Shown here piece after piece: positions 28,390-42,460 of a DNA stretch of 64,000 nt. Both the position numbers and the translations under genes were made by a program. The notes under the pieces were generated by a model that ran no database searches, was not told the DNA's origin, and saw only the letters and a program-made list of their open reading frames with translations. The stretch spans positions 38,316,001 to 38,380,000 of the forward strand of contig OZ024746.1 of NCBI GenBank assembly GCA_964016885.1. Reading direction: 5' to 3'. The DNA comes from Eledone cirrhosa. Its lineage: Eukaryota. Position 1 is the first letter of the stretch, and every line of letters begins with the position of its first letter.

Positions 28390-31300
28390 TGTTGTTATTC
28401 CTTGAATCTCAGTCATTGATGTTGGTTAACTGGAAAGTCCGTTGGAATGAATATCAAGCCACTACCTGCAGCCTCAGATATTCAGGACGTATCGGAGGGT
28501 TCTTGCTGTTCCAAGCAAGCATGCCTTTTGAAGCGTTCCAAAAAGCGTGAAGGGGCCGATTTTCTTTAACCATCCCTGGAAACTTTTGGAGATAGTCCCC
28601 AGTGCGCCTATGACAATCGGGATCACTTTGACTTCATGGCAGTTCCAAATCCTTTTCACCTCCCACTTTAGGTCCTGGTATCGGTTAATTTTCTCCCTCT
28701 CCTTCTCTTGCACTCTCGTGGCGAAAGGGCAGGCCACATTCACAATCAGACACGATCTTTTTTCTTTGTCCACAACCACCAGGTCAGGTCTATTGTGTTC
28801 CATTTTTTTGTCCGTCTGTATCCTAAAATCCCACAGCACCTTCACCTGATCGTTTTCTATCACCACCTCTGGCTTATGCTGATACCACTTCTCAGAATGT
28901 GGTAAATTGTTTACTTTGCATAGGTGCCAGTGGATCACCCTTCCCATCACATCATGTCTCCAGCTCTTATACTGAGTCTGGGCTAGGTGTTTACACTTGG
29001 ATACAATGTGAGCCACAGTCTCCTCTCTCTCCACAGATCCTGCACAGTGGGCTTGCCTCCTCCTTGTAAATGTGGTGTTTCAACCACTTCGCTTTGAGGG
29101 CCTGCTCCAGCGCAGCTATTAACATTCCTTCTGTAGTCCTTTTAAGGTCTCATCTTTTCAACCAGTTCCATGTCTGTGGATCTCTAAATTCAGTTCTCTC
29201 AAAGAAGGTACTATGAAGGGATTTTTCCTGAAGGCTGCTCTTTCTCCTTGATGTTATTTCCTCCTTGGACATCCCCTGGCCTATAGTCCCCTCCTTCAGT
29301 ACAGTTCTGAGCATTGGCTCCTTACTATCAGTCACGTATTTGTGTAGGTTGTTTTTCTCCATCTGAACACAGTCTTCTATGCAGATAAGACCTCTTCCAC
29401 CCTCAGATCTCCTTAAGTAGAGTCTATCGACATCACTCCTCTTGTGGAACATGTTGTAGATAGTCAATAGCTTCCTAGTCTTCCTATCCATTTCTTTTTG
29501 TTCAGCAACATTCCATCTCAGAATTCCTGCACTGTACCCAATAATAGACACAGCTCGGGAATTTACTGCACTTATGGCATTCCTACTGTTCAGATGTGAC
29601 TTTAATACGCTCCTTACTCTCCGAAGGTATTCAGTTCTTATCAATTCCTTCATTTTTTGGTTCTTGATGTCATCAGCCTCCAGAACGCCCAAATACTTGT
29701 ATCCTTCCTCAGAGTCATTTTCCTTTATCATCTCACCTGTTGGTATCTGGATTCCGTTACTTCTGCTCAACTTACCCCTCCACTTCACGATGACTCCACA
29801 CTTACTAATACCAATTTGCATACATATATCACTGCTGAAAATACGGACAGTGTCAACAAGCACATCCAACTCCTTCTCACTCTTCCCGACGAGCTTAAGA
29901 TCGTCCATGAAGAGGAGGTGATTGATGGTAAGCCCTCTCTTTCCCAACCTGTATCCTGCTCTCACTTTTCGCAGTACACTGGTCAGGGGCATCAGGGCAA
30001 GGACAAACAACAGAGGGGACAGACTATCTCCCTGGAAGATACCTCTCTTGATCTTCACGCTTCCCAAGGATTCTCCAGTTGATGTTAACTCTGTTTCACA
30101 GGACTTCATACTTTTGCCCAACAACTGTCTGATGTTATCTGCCACCTTGAAGATCTCCAGGCTTTTGGTGATCCAAGAATGAGGCACCATGTCAAATGCC
30201 TTTTTGTAGTCTATCCATCCCATGGCAAGACCAGTGTGTCTCCTCTTGCAATTCCCCATTACCATCTTATCAATAAGTAACTGGTCCTTTGTACCACGTG
30301 ACTTCTTTCGGTATCCTTTCTGTTCGTCCGGTAACAAGTTGTTTGTGTGGAGGTGATGGTAGATTTCCTCAGACATAATGCTTGTCAACAGTTTCCACAT
30401 TACGGAAAGACATGTGATAGGTCTATAGTTGGTAACATCATTACCCTTGATTCGGTCTTTCATTATCAGAACTGTGGTACCTTTTGTCAATCACTCTGGT
30501 ACCTCACCTGGCATCAAGCAGTCATTGAACATGGTTGTCAGTTTCGGGTGGAGGGATGTTATATTTTTAATCCAATACCCCTGCACACCATCTGGGCCTG
30601 GTGATTTCCAGTTGGTTAGTTTTTTGGCCTGCCCCTTAAGAGTTTCAACTGTGATACTCAAATCAGTTTGTTGGTGTGCCTGTTCACTGATCTCCTTCTG
30701 TACTGTCTCAATGCACACTGCCTGGTCATTATGTTTAACATCCTGTCCCATATTCCTCTCCAGAATGTTTTAGTTTGTTCCGCCTCAGGGATCAAGTCGT
30801 TGCCTCTTTATTTCCCTTCAAGCTGTCCAAACAGCATCTTCTGGTTGTTTTCGAACATGCGGTTCTGTCTATATTGACTGAGTCTGTTCTCGTATCGCCT
30901 GATTTGTGCACTCTTTGCTACAATGCGTTGCTTCAGTTCCTCTATGATAATATTTAGCTTTTTCTTCCTAGTTTTGTACTTTATTTCCAGTCTATTTTTA
31001 GTGTCTATGTTTTTTAGTGTCCCATTCAGTAGGGACTCAAGCTTTCCAATGTCATTTCTCATTTCCCTGATTTGACCACTCAGTCGTTTCTTCCACCAAG
31101 GCTCTGCTCTTTCTTGTCTGATGTTTCCTCTCGCTTTTATACCAAGTAGTTTCCTCACCGTATTTGCTGTTGCTTTGAGGATATTGTTGCACTGGTGAAG
31201 GCTCCTCGCCTCAAGGTATGGGATGACTTTGTGTACCTTAGCTGTTGTTTCTTTTAACTTTTTCCTGTCTACAAATCTTAGGTTCATAGGTATCCCACTA

Positions 31301-31944
31301 TCATTGTTCAATTCATCTACCACTAAGTTTAGGATATCAACCAAATCTTGTCCTAGCCCGTCAGCATTCATCTCCTCAGTGGCCGTATCTCTGTTCCAGG
31401 TACTATTTATCTCAGCATTCAGATCATTGTCTGCTTCGGGTGGTTCCTCCGTTCTCTCGACCTCTTCACCTCCATTTACCACTGGCTCGTTTGCTTGGCA
31501 TACTCCACTCTCCATCTCCAAGCTAATCTCTCTGCTCAGTTCCTCCAGTTCCAGCTCGCTTATCCACCCATTAGTTCTTATTACCCGAGCCTGCCCGGCC
31601 AATTTTTGTTCATCTAATTTAAATAGACCAATCTCCTTCCAGATGTTATGCATCCGTTTCCTATAGCCTTTCTCCTTGGGGTTACTCTTCAGGTAACATT
31701 GCATAACAGTTCTATTCAATTCTTTCGTCCAGTTGGTTCTGGTCCCTTTCCTTCTTCTTCTTCCTCTGACACCAGCAGTATTTGGTTGACAGCCAGGTCC
31801 CTGCTGCTGAGCCAGGGACCACCTGTTGGGTGAGAGTCTGTCATATGACATTCTAGTCTCCATTTCACTGTTATTCGAACTGTTTAGGTTCGACATTTAA
31901 ACACTCTTATCGAGGATTGGCGAATGTATGGTTACATAACCACC
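28390..31944 (-). mobile_element. Near full-length R4/Dong-clade non-LTR retrotransposon; single ORF (31896-28474) broken by a few stops and frameshifts
   Basis: N-terminus WTKELNRTVMQCY..GYRKRMHNIW, then [37 protein letters not shown], zinc knuckle, RHD and RPDLVV endonuclease. 3' UTR ends in (AAT)n. Confidence 0.95.
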
Positions 31945-32108
31945 GGTTCTATTGGCAGTTCTATTGGCAGCAAAGAGTTACGGCCCTCTATGGTCTGAGT
32001 TTAAATCCCGCCGAGGTTAACTTTGCCTTTCATCCTTACGGGGTCGATAAAATAAAGTACCAGTAATGCACTTGGATAATTGCTGGCCTTGTGCGCAAAG
32101 TAGAAACA
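31945..32108 (+). mobile_element. SINE with the same aberrant 5' end as 28197-28360
   Basis: Shares ggttctattggcagttctattggcag, cacttggata and gtgcgcaaag only with the 28197 copy. Confidence 0.88.
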
Positions 32109-32126
32109 ATTATTATTATTATTATT

Positions 32127-32912
32127 GTTGTTATTACTCTTTGAGTCTCAGTCATTGATGTTAGTTAACTGGAAAGTTTGTTGAAATGAATATCAAGCCA
32201 CTACCTGCAGCCTCAGATATTCAGCACGTATCGGAGGGTTCTTGCTGATCCCAGCAAGCATGCCTTTTGAAGCGTTCCAAAAAGCGTGAAGGAGCCAATT
32301 TTCTTTAACTATCACAGGAAACCTTTTGAGATAGTCCCTATTGCGCCTATGACAATCGGGATCACTTTGACTTCATGGCAGTTCCAAATCCTATTATTAT
32401 TATTATTTATTATTGTTATTACTCTTTGAGTCTCAGTCATTGATGTTAGTTAACTGGAAAGTTTGTTGAGATGAATATCAAGCTACTACCTGCAGCCTCA
32501 GATATTCAGGACGTATCGGAGGGTTCTTGCTGTTCCCAGCAAGCATGCCTTTTGAAGCGTTCCAAAAAGCGTGAAGGGGCCAATTTTCTTTAACCATCCC
32601 TGGAAACTTTTTGAGATAGTCCCTAGTGCGCCTATGACAATCGGGATCACTTTGACTTGATGGCAGTTCCAAATCCTTTTTACCTCCCACTTTAAGTCCT
32701 GGTATCGGTTAATTTTCTCTCTCTCCTTCTCTTGCACTCTCGTGTCGAATGGGCAGGCCACAGCCACAATCAGGCACGAGTATTTTACTTTGTCCAAAAC
32801 CAACAGGTCAGGTCTATTGTGTTCCAGTTTCTTGTCCGTCTGTATCCTAAAATCCCACAGCACCTTCACCTGATCGTTTTCTATCACCGCCTCTGGCTTA
32901 TGCTCATACCAC
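32127..32912 (-). mobile_element. Two short 5'-truncated Dong 3' ends in tandem (~32127-32391, ~32415-32912), each bounded by (ATT)n
   Basis: ORF 32498-32887 is the RLE C-terminus (KVLWDFRIQTD..RPD..IVIGALG..RYVLNI). Same 3' UTR as the longer copies. Confidence 0.92.
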
Positions 32913-32926
32913 TATTATTATTATTA

Positions 32927-32961
<35 letters not shown>

Positions 32962-33174
32962 GGCGACCTACGTAGTAAATCGTATCATCGTGAGCTCCGC
33001 AAAGGTTTGTTATTTTCAGTTGTTTAAAATTACTATTCATGGAAAATTGTTATTGTTAACTGTATATAAGTTCACATACATTGTTATCTCAAAAGGACAC
33101 CCAAAAAGATTGGGGCCTTGAGCCCAAAATTTAAACTTTTATAATTATCAAACAAAAATTTTTCTTTGATAATC

Positions 33175-35307
33175 ATGGCTGACTCAGAGTCACTCCTTTC
33201 TCACAAACTAACACCGCACACCGACACCACCATTGTAAATATTACTACGTTTGCCAACACTAAAAATTTAAGCAGTAGTAATATTTTAAATTTGTCTCAG
33301 CCGACATTCATTTCCCGCCATTACCAATGACTGCAGGTGTTAAAGCCGCTACCACCATCACCACCGCGACAACCACCATCACCACCACCACCGCGACAAC
33401 AGAAACAAAAGAAAAAAATAAATTAACTCATGATATCGAAATGAATTCAACCAAAATGAACTCTTCCACACCGAACACCACTGACGCCACCACCACCACA
33501 ACTGAAACTAAAATTAATAATAACAAAAATAACGATAACAACAACAGCAACAATGACATTAAGAAAACCACCCTGAGTTTTGCCAGAGTAGCAAAACAGT
33601 GCGAAGCATTTCAGGTAACTCAGGAGGAATTAGAAGAAACCAAAAAATGGTAAAGAAAGATGGGTACAGGGTCAGCCCCCCCCCCCCCCCCTCAACACAC
33701 ACACACCTAATAAAATGGAGCATCGGCGCCTATGCTTATCGAACAATTAATATAAAATGGCGCCGAGTGGAACGGGCATCCGAGTCCCAAGCTTTGGGAC
33801 ATGTGTGGGCAAAAAAAAACCACATCAGACGTGGGCAGAAGTATGGAACCGTGGATGAGTTCTTTGAAAACCACAGGAGGCTAGAGAACACTCCATGGCC
33901 CCATTTAAGAAGTGACGACTTCACACTCATCCCAAGCTATTGTGGCCAGAGACTCGTAAAGATCAGGGTCACCCACGTTCCACCGGCCATCGAAATTCCC
34001 TAGCTAATAGCTGTCGTCCTCGTCGGCATCGAAGCCAACACCAAGATAATCGAAATAGCGAAAGAAAAACAGGAGAACTGGTCCGGATCTGGGATGGAGC
34101 TCCTGATCCAAGCGGACCAAAAAAGCATTGAGGAGATCCCAGAGGTAATAGACCTCACTGACGGCAACCACCTCACCGTAATTGTTGAGGGCAGAAGGCC
34201 TAGGTGTGTCGTTTGTGGTGAAGGAACCCACCTAAGGGCTTTCTGCCCTCAGGCTAAAAGGTTGAGGCCACCTCTCCTACCCACCCCAGTGACTCAACCA
34301 TCAACACCACCAGCAGCAGAGAAGGCAGCAATAACTGTAGCAACAACAACAGAATCAACTGTAACAGCAACAACCCCAGCAACATTAGCAAAACCAACAC
34401 CACCACCACCCAACGCGCCAGAACTAGCACCAACGCCTATACCATCCACCACGCCACATCCAAAACTAACGCCTGTGGAGGATTTTCCACTCCCCCGCCT
34501 ATCACAACTGGAGACAGATTGTGACGACGAGGAGTGGGAAACGGTATCAGGAAAAAAGAAAAAGAAAAAACAAAAAAGAAAAAAATTCTCTGCTTTCCCC
34601 CTCCAAAAACAAAATACAGAGGGAAACAAATAAACTATCAAACAAAAAAGTTAGGACAGATATGCCACCATCCACACCAGCATCACCAACCCCATCACCC
34701 CAAACACCAACACCATCCCCATCATTAACCCCAACACCACCATCACCAACACCACAAAAGTCACCAAAAAGCGAAACAGAAACAAACCCACAACAAACAC
34801 AAACAAAACAAAACAACCAAAACGATACACACTACACAGCATTAAATTTGGGCAGTATCGGTAGAGGGTCGGACGCCATGCTTTCCAGCATAGTTACGTC
34901 CCTTTTACGATCTGAGTTCAAATCCCGCCGAGGTTGACTTTGCCTTTCATCCTTACGGGGTCGATAAAATAAAGTACCAGTAATGCACTGGATAATTGCT
35001 GGCCTTGTGCCAAAAGTAGAAACAATTAAATTTGAACAACAACCAATTATTACACTACATCCAACACAACACTAGCATCATAGAAAAAGACTACTCAACA
35101 ACCCAAAAGTTCACACAACCTCCACACATACAAATCACTCGCATCACACAGAAAACGTACATGACACTAAAACAAAAATTCCCCAAAGACATCGGAGACT
35201 TCCAACAAGCAGTCTCCAGGTGGATTTATAAGGACAACCTTCCTGAGGTGGCCACAAGAAGTGAAAAGGATGGAGAAACCATCCTTCCTCTACGAGAAGT
35301 AAGGTAA
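33175..35307 (+). pseudogene. LINE ORF1 (gag-like CCHC zinc knuckle, Pro/Thr-rich), disrupted
   Basis: ATG at 33175. CVVCGEGTHLRAFC (CX2CX4HX4C) in ORF 34094-34633. Stops, frameshifts and a SINE insertion. Confidence 0.75.
34851..35024 (+). mobile_element. SINE inserted in LINE ORF1, 10-bp TSD
   Basis: TSD attaaatttg at 34841-34850 and 35025-35034. Confidence 0.93.
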
Positions 35308-35341
35308 GTGGTCTTTCCCATCTTTTCCACTCCATTTCAAC

Positions 35342-38300
35342 ATGACCTCACTCAGAATAGGTAGCATAAATGCGCGTGGCTTGAGGTCGTCATGGAAGCA
35401 GGGCCACCTGCTCAACGACCTCGGGTCACTAAACATAGATGTAGTGGCCATCAGCGAGACCAGAATCTCCGAAGCACGGGCCTTCGCACCGATCTTCGGC
35501 GGCTACGATGTGTACACATCTCCCAGCCGTCCGGGATCGGGGTGAGGAGTTGCTGTGCTTTTTCGGAGAGGTTTGGATCTTGCCATACGGGTCATCTTCC
35601 TGGACACAGAAGGTAAGTTGGTGGTGCTGGACGTGACCAGCGGAGACGGGCAAGCTTTCAGTTAAGTAGCCGTCTATGCCCCGACAGGAGCAGGGCGGCC
35701 TAATTTCTTCCGGCGTCTGGAGACCTTTCTTGGAACGTGCCTCTCTTTAGTGTTAGTGTGCGAGTGGAACGGGATCTTAGATGCACGCTGGGACTGTGTG
35801 GGATTAGTGGATAGGGGAGGAGGGTGCAGGAGTCTCACCAACCTGCTCAGGTACCGATTGGATTTCCCGAATGTGCCAATGTGGACTTGGACAAATCGCA
35901 TAGGGTCATCCAGATCTTATCTAGATAGAATATTTTGTAGGGAAATAGATAGGTCTAGCATAGGCTGTCCACAATTCAAGATAGTCAGCTACACGGACCA
36001 CAAATTCGTGATCTGTGTGCTTGACTTAGATAGGCTTCATAGACGAGACCGGGCTAGTGGAAGCTAAACGCGTCCTTACCAGCGCGCAAGGCCTACAGAG
36101 ACCGGATTAGCGAAATAGTTAAGCGGGTTGACGGGGGCCATCGTCAACGACAAGTGGTGGTTTGCTCTGAAAAGAGCAATTAGAATATAGTCCATTAGGT
36201 TTAGTAAGGCTTTAGCAATAGAGAAAAATAGAGCAGAGGGAGAATTAGTTAAAAAATTAGATGAGGCGCTTAGCAAAGGCAACGCGACTGACGTACTTGC
36301 GGCGAAATTGGCCCTTGACCAATTCTTCAATGCAAAGCACGAAGGCTGCGTTGTCAGAGCTAGGGTGCGTGCTCTCAGACACGAGGGGACGAAAGGCGTA
36401 CAATGGGCCCGAGGGGTGGAGGCGCGTCGTGGCAACAAAGCCACGATCCGGTCTTTGGTGGACCACGACGGGCGCATGCTACTCGATCCCGGGCAAATGT
36501 GTAAAGCTTTTCAGCAACACTTAGCTCAGTTGTTCGGGGGCAGCGGCGGGCCGGATCGAGGGATGGACTTTAGTGTCTACCTCGACGAACTGCCGCGGCT
36601 CTTGGCCACTGAGGTGGAGTGTTGCGAAAAGCCGATAACAGCCGCTGAGAGTACGGGAGGCAATGACTAGCTGCACAAGGGGTAAATCGACTGGTTTGGA
36701 TGGTCTGCCCTATGAACTTTACGTACAGATGCCAGACTTGTTCGGAGGCCTCTTGGCGGACGTCTACTGCAACTGGCAACAGAACGGGAGAATTCCCAGC
36801 TATGTGAGCCGAGGAGCTGTGGCGCTGCTGAGAAAGGATCCGAACCAGGGGGATAACATAGATAATTTTAGGCCCATAACTCTGCTAAACACAGAGTTCA
36901 AGATTTTGGCCAAGGTACTTGCAAAGAGGTTAGCGCTTGTCGTTGGTGGTCTGGTGGGAGATGCGCAGACGTGCGCCATTACCGACAGATCCATCCACGA
37001 CAACCTCCACCTCGTGCGATGCATCGTAGAGAGGGTAGCTAGGGAACTTGGCACTGGTGGGTCATTGATCAATTTAGATCAGTCGAAAGCTTTAGATAGG
37101 GTCGACCATTGTTACCTAGCGGCAGTCCTGATGGCGGCTGGCTTTGGGCCCGTCTTCAGAGGCTGGATCGCTGCCATGCACAGCGACATCTGCTCTGTGG
37201 TGAGAGAGAACGGTCACCTTTCGGAACCGTTCAACATCATGCGCTCGGTCCGCGAAGGATGTCCCCTCTCGTCACTCTTGTACGTATTGACTCTCGAGCC
37301 ATTACTGCACAAAAGGAGACGTTGAGGGGCGTCCCGCGCGAACTAGGATGCGGAAGATCCGTGTCAGCATATGCGGACGATGTCACCGTAGTGGTGTCGA
37401 ACGCCAAACACATCGAGGCGATCAGCACTACACTAAGAGAATACGAAGCGGTGACAGGATCAATGATCAACCAGGAAAAGTCAGTGGGCCTGCAGCTCGG
37501 CACCTGGAGAGGCAGGTTCATGCCGTCCAACAGCGTCGTGGGGCACTGGATGGACGGACCGGTTAAATTGCTAGGGGTCTGGTTCAGTCCGGACCGCTAG
37601 ACGGACAAAAACTGGGACGAGGTGACGAGCAGGGTGGCTTCTCTCACCCAGAAATGGGCCGAGAGGAAGCTATCCCTGAAAGGTCGAGCGGAGGTGGCTA
37701 ACGCGTACATCGCGTCCGTCATCTACTACCGCCTGACCGTCGTACCTTTTCCTAAGCCCCGCCTGACTGCGATGGAACGTTTGCTCTTTCGCATTTTGTG
37801 GAAAGGACGCGCTCCGATGGTCAGGCCGTCCATAGCTGTCAACACCCGCTACGTGGAGTGCTGGGCATGCCGTGGCTGATGATGCGCAGACACGCGCTCA
37901 GGCTACGAGATCTCCACCTCTTCCTCGACGGTGATCAGGTGTGGTCGCAGTTTGCTAGACACGTCTTTCCCCAGCTCGTCTCCTTGACGGAGCTGCAGTC
38001 CTGGGTCAAGCGAAGACCGAGAGGGAGCGCTTGGAGACTGGAATGTCTTCAGGCGCTCACAATCGGCCAATGGGATTGGTGGAAACACCACCTTGGCGTT
38101 CTATAGAGGATTAGTGGAGGGGAAGAGCGATGACGTACTTGGAGAAACTCTAGGCGTCGACGAAAATCAACTAGCCAATCTCTTCGGAAGGAATTTCGGT
38201 CTGGGGCCTATGGACAACTTCCAGAAATCCCTGGTCTGGCAGTGCTACCGAGGACCTTTGCCAGTTCGGGATAAACTCTACAAGCATGGAGGTGCCCTCA

Positions 38301-38725
38301 GCCGGGCATGTCCGAGATGCGTGCAGGGCGACGAAACCGTCCTGCACGCACTCGTCCAGTGTCCGAGCATTGCTGACTTGTGGGTTTATGTCGAACACCG
38401 GCTGCCACGTGTAGGACGGATCCAGCTATCAGCTGAGTCCATCGTGAGGATTGCCCCGCCCCCTTCCTTTATCCGGGAAGGGCAGGCAGTTTTTATCTGT
38501 CTGGTGGCCATGGCGAAAGAGATAATATGGTGGACACGTTTGAAAGGGCTGAAGACGAGCACTTACCTCTTCGGTGATGCCCTGATTAACTTTTTCAAAT
38601 TTCATTTGAAAAGGAAAATCAGGGTAGAGAGGGAAGTGCTCTCTTCCCAGCATTCTGTTGAAAGATGGGTGAGAGAAGCAAGTATGGCCCGAGTGAATGG
38701 GCCTACTCTGAGTATGTGTCTGTAA
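35342..38725 (+). pseudogene. LINE ORF2 (AP endonuclease, reverse transcriptase, C-terminal finger), disrupted
   Basis: MTSLRIGSINARGL..AISETR, VYAP, SYLDRIF..YTDH (APE); KSTGLDGLP, NFRPITLLN, GCPLS, YADD (RT); CPRC..HALVQC. Confidence 0.9.
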
Positions 38726-38988
38726 ATTAAAGGTGGAAAACTGGGAGAGGGCACTTGCCCTGGTGGTCAGGTTCACTGTGGCTTTTTAATGCGCTTTCTC
38801 CATAAATGTCCCTCGGAAGTATCCCCCCTATTGGGGAATTTTTCATTGTTATTTTTTATTACATCCTCTGTTTTTTTTATACGCAGAAATGCCCATTTGT
38901 ACCGTCCTGTATTGTCCTGTACTGTCCTTAATGTCTACTTTATGTAAACCCTTGTGGTTAATAAAGAAACATCATTATTATTATTATT

Positions 38989-39235
<247 letters not shown>

Positions 39236-39718
39236 AGAAAAGGAGGTGGAGAATCAGTGTAGTTGATGCATTTTTGTTGGTGCTGCAATGAATCGCCTGT
39301 TAACCCTGATAATATATACGTGTTTTATTTTCTCCCAATGTGCACTGTAATCAACCGGATCAACCTTAATGCACCGCAATCATAGTGATTTCCAGAAGTT
39401 GACTGACTAGAGAGTAGATGGGATTGTCTAGCATTCCATTGTTTCCTCCGTTGTCTTTGTCCTGTGCACCCCACTATTTTGAATACACACACATATATAT
39501 TTATATTTATATACATATATGCCGAGTGAGGGTCGTAGGTGTAACTGGACATTTGGAAACTCTGCTTCGTAGAATCGAGACGTATCTGAGGACCTTGCGA
39601 TTTCAGAGTCAGGTTCGATCGTGCCTCGATCGTGCCTCGAGCTGGTCGCCAGAGAAACGATTGTAATATGTCTAATAAATGTTATTCGCCGCAACACTGA
39701 TGCTCCGTTTTTTATGTG

Positions 39719-39810
<92 letters not shown>

Positions 39811-40589
39811 GTCTGTGTGTAATAATCGAACAAAATACGAGTTTTATTTTACAGATACAAAACTCAAGGTATAGTATGGAAAGATATAGGTAAGGACCAA
39901 ACTGTGCGTTCTACCATTCATACAAGGTGCAAGGTGGCAATGCCTATTTACTACTATATTCTGCTGTCCCTATATGCCCCTGTTTCAGACAACCTATGGT
40001 CAAGTTTGTTCCATGTCTGACTGTCCTCTCACTTTACTTTTATATATAACTATATTATCTAATATGTTATTGTATTCATTTTCTGTCGAATGAGGAGAGG
40101 CTGCGTCCTTAACTCGAGCTCATTCTTTGGCTTGATTACATCCTAGGTATAATTAACGCACTAGAAATACAATTATTCTCGTATCTCTGATGATGTGCTA
40201 TTCATCAGAGATTTAAGAGGAATTACTGTGATAGTAATATTACTTATGCTATTCGTGTTCTTGTGTATAAGCGAGTTTGTTTTGGGTTTCTCTCGACTGG
40301 ATGCTTAAAGTGAATGATCAACTGAGTGATCAGGTCATACCATATATAATAAGGTATTAAGTCCACGCAAGGTTATGAACAACATGACTGGAAGAATATG
40401 GAGAAAAGGATGATGTGGGAAAATGGAAGACTGATTACTATAAGCCCCAAAATCACGAACGAACTGGTAGTTAGTGACGAATATCTCGAAACTGCTGTAC
40501 AAATTAATATTGGTTATAGGGCTTCAGCATAAGGGCTTCCTTTCCTCCAAATGTATATGTAATGTTTAGAAGTGCAATAACTGCCAAGA

Positions 40590-41700
40590 TGACATCAGTC
40601 ATGCATTTTCAAATAACTGTGAATTTTCTTTGGTATTGATCCAAGTGCTTTTATAATTAGTGCTGTAATGTATGTGTTCTTTCCCCACATTTTATTCAGT
40701 TCAACTTGCCATTCAGCATGATTCTCAAGCCTTTCAACTCGCTTTAGCTTCAAATGAGCTTTCTACATTAATAATATGACACTTATTCTTTTCTCAACAT
40801 CCACTATATCGGGCATTCGATGCGTTATTTCTCTGGCTACATACATCTCACAGCATTTTGTATTCATACATCTCACAGTATTTTGAAATTTGGGTTTTCA
40901 GTAACTCCTATCTGTTTATGTTGATACCGTTTGTCGAATGTTTCTATGCCATACATCTTGTGATGTAACCAGTGCAAGTTAAAGAAGACTTCGTCATACC
41001 TTCCTTTAAACTCTTTCTGGGCCAACATAATACATATTCCTGCTGTATGTAACTCATTCACAACATGTTCACACAATCTTCACATGCTGGAGACATCCAT
41101 TCTATAAATATCTGTTTTCATCGAATTTGTGTTCAAGGCTTGTTCTTGAGCAGCCATAATTAGTCTTTTTCTTACTCTTTCAAATTCTCCTTTCTCAGCC
41201 AGTTCCAAGACCCATACGGTTCTTGTTCAAACTGTCCACTTTACTTTTATTTCCAATTAACATTTTCTTGTTCTACTCGTTCTACTCGTACTTTGTGTGT
41301 TTCCTTTCCCACAGTAGTTTCCCAGTATACTCCTTCATGTTTAGTCACAGCTTTCGAGATTATTTATTTTCTGCCTGCTAAGTAAAAATATAGACTCCTG
41401 TATTATCCTATCCAGCATTCTTCAAATCCACTCGTCTTTTACTTCATGTAATATGTGAAACTGTCCATGAATTTTAGGCTAAAGACAAGTCCTTCCATTC
41501 AATTTCCTCTTCAATAAGAATATGTATCTCCCAAAATATACTTCTTTGGCTTTCTTGTATATTTTATTGTCCAAACATTGTCCAGCTCACTCACACCCAG
41601 ATAATTATATCCTTCTGAATCAGGTTTTACTTATTTACCATTTAGTAGTGTAGTCCCTTCCCAAGACTCTCCTTTCCTTCTACTCATTTATTATCTCTTA
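40590..41700 (-). mobile_element. Old decayed R4/Dong-like element (3' half)
   Basis: Minus-strand fragments GYNYLGV (~41600), LIMAAQEQALNTN (~41140), HRMPDIV (~40810) and KALGSIP (~40640), in RLE order. Confidence 0.75.
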
Positions 41701-42239
41701 GTCCTTGATTCCGTAGATTTCATTTCGTTAATTTTAATTGATTAGTATTTCATTCCAACTCATTGATACAGTATTTATTTTTCATATAGCATGTTTCTTT
41801 TCTTCGATTTTATGAATAACGGGTTATTTTTCTTTCTATCTTATTACGCTGTTTTGCATTCATCATTTATGAATATGGAGTAAACAATTCTTCGTCGGTA
41901 TCGTCAATACGAATCATAATTGCACGATCAACTGAACTACATCCCCATTGAAACTGTTGTTCAAGTGCCTATTTTTTTATGATTTTAACAGCTCAATTAA
42001 AATTTATTATATATTCAAAAATCATAAAATCACAAAGCCATTGACATTATACAGAGATAATTGAGCAGTATCTAAAACACACTACCAAGGGGTACACACT
42101 ACTAAAACAGACTACGAAAGGGTACAGAGATGGAAGAAGAACAAAAATAAAAAGAAGGAAAAGAAGAAAGATCCAGCGGCGAAAGAAAGGGTAAGGATGT
42201 AAGACAGTCAATATAACCCAGCCTGTGCGGTGACTCAGC

Positions 42240-42460
42240 CACGCTTCACGGATAAAGCGACAAAACCATTACCGCGGAGAATGGCCAAAGACACCACCTG
42301 CAAATACCACCCCACCTAACTGAGCTTCCTTCTCAAGCGGTCTGCCGTCTCTCCGATTTTACGGAGGATATCAGCAGTGCGGGAACCAAGGATACCATAG
42401 GTTTCAAGGGAGACCGCTGTAAAGAGGAAGCAGTCGTTCAGTTCCCCGTGTTTTATTTCT
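42240..42460 (-). mobile_element. CRE-clade-like retrotransposon C-terminal fragment
   Basis: Minus strand reads FLFTAVSLETYGILGSRTADILRKIG...WYLQVVSLAILRGN, like the F.P.A.ET.G..G...S.A.QRGN end of CRE-type RLE domains. Confidence 0.6.
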
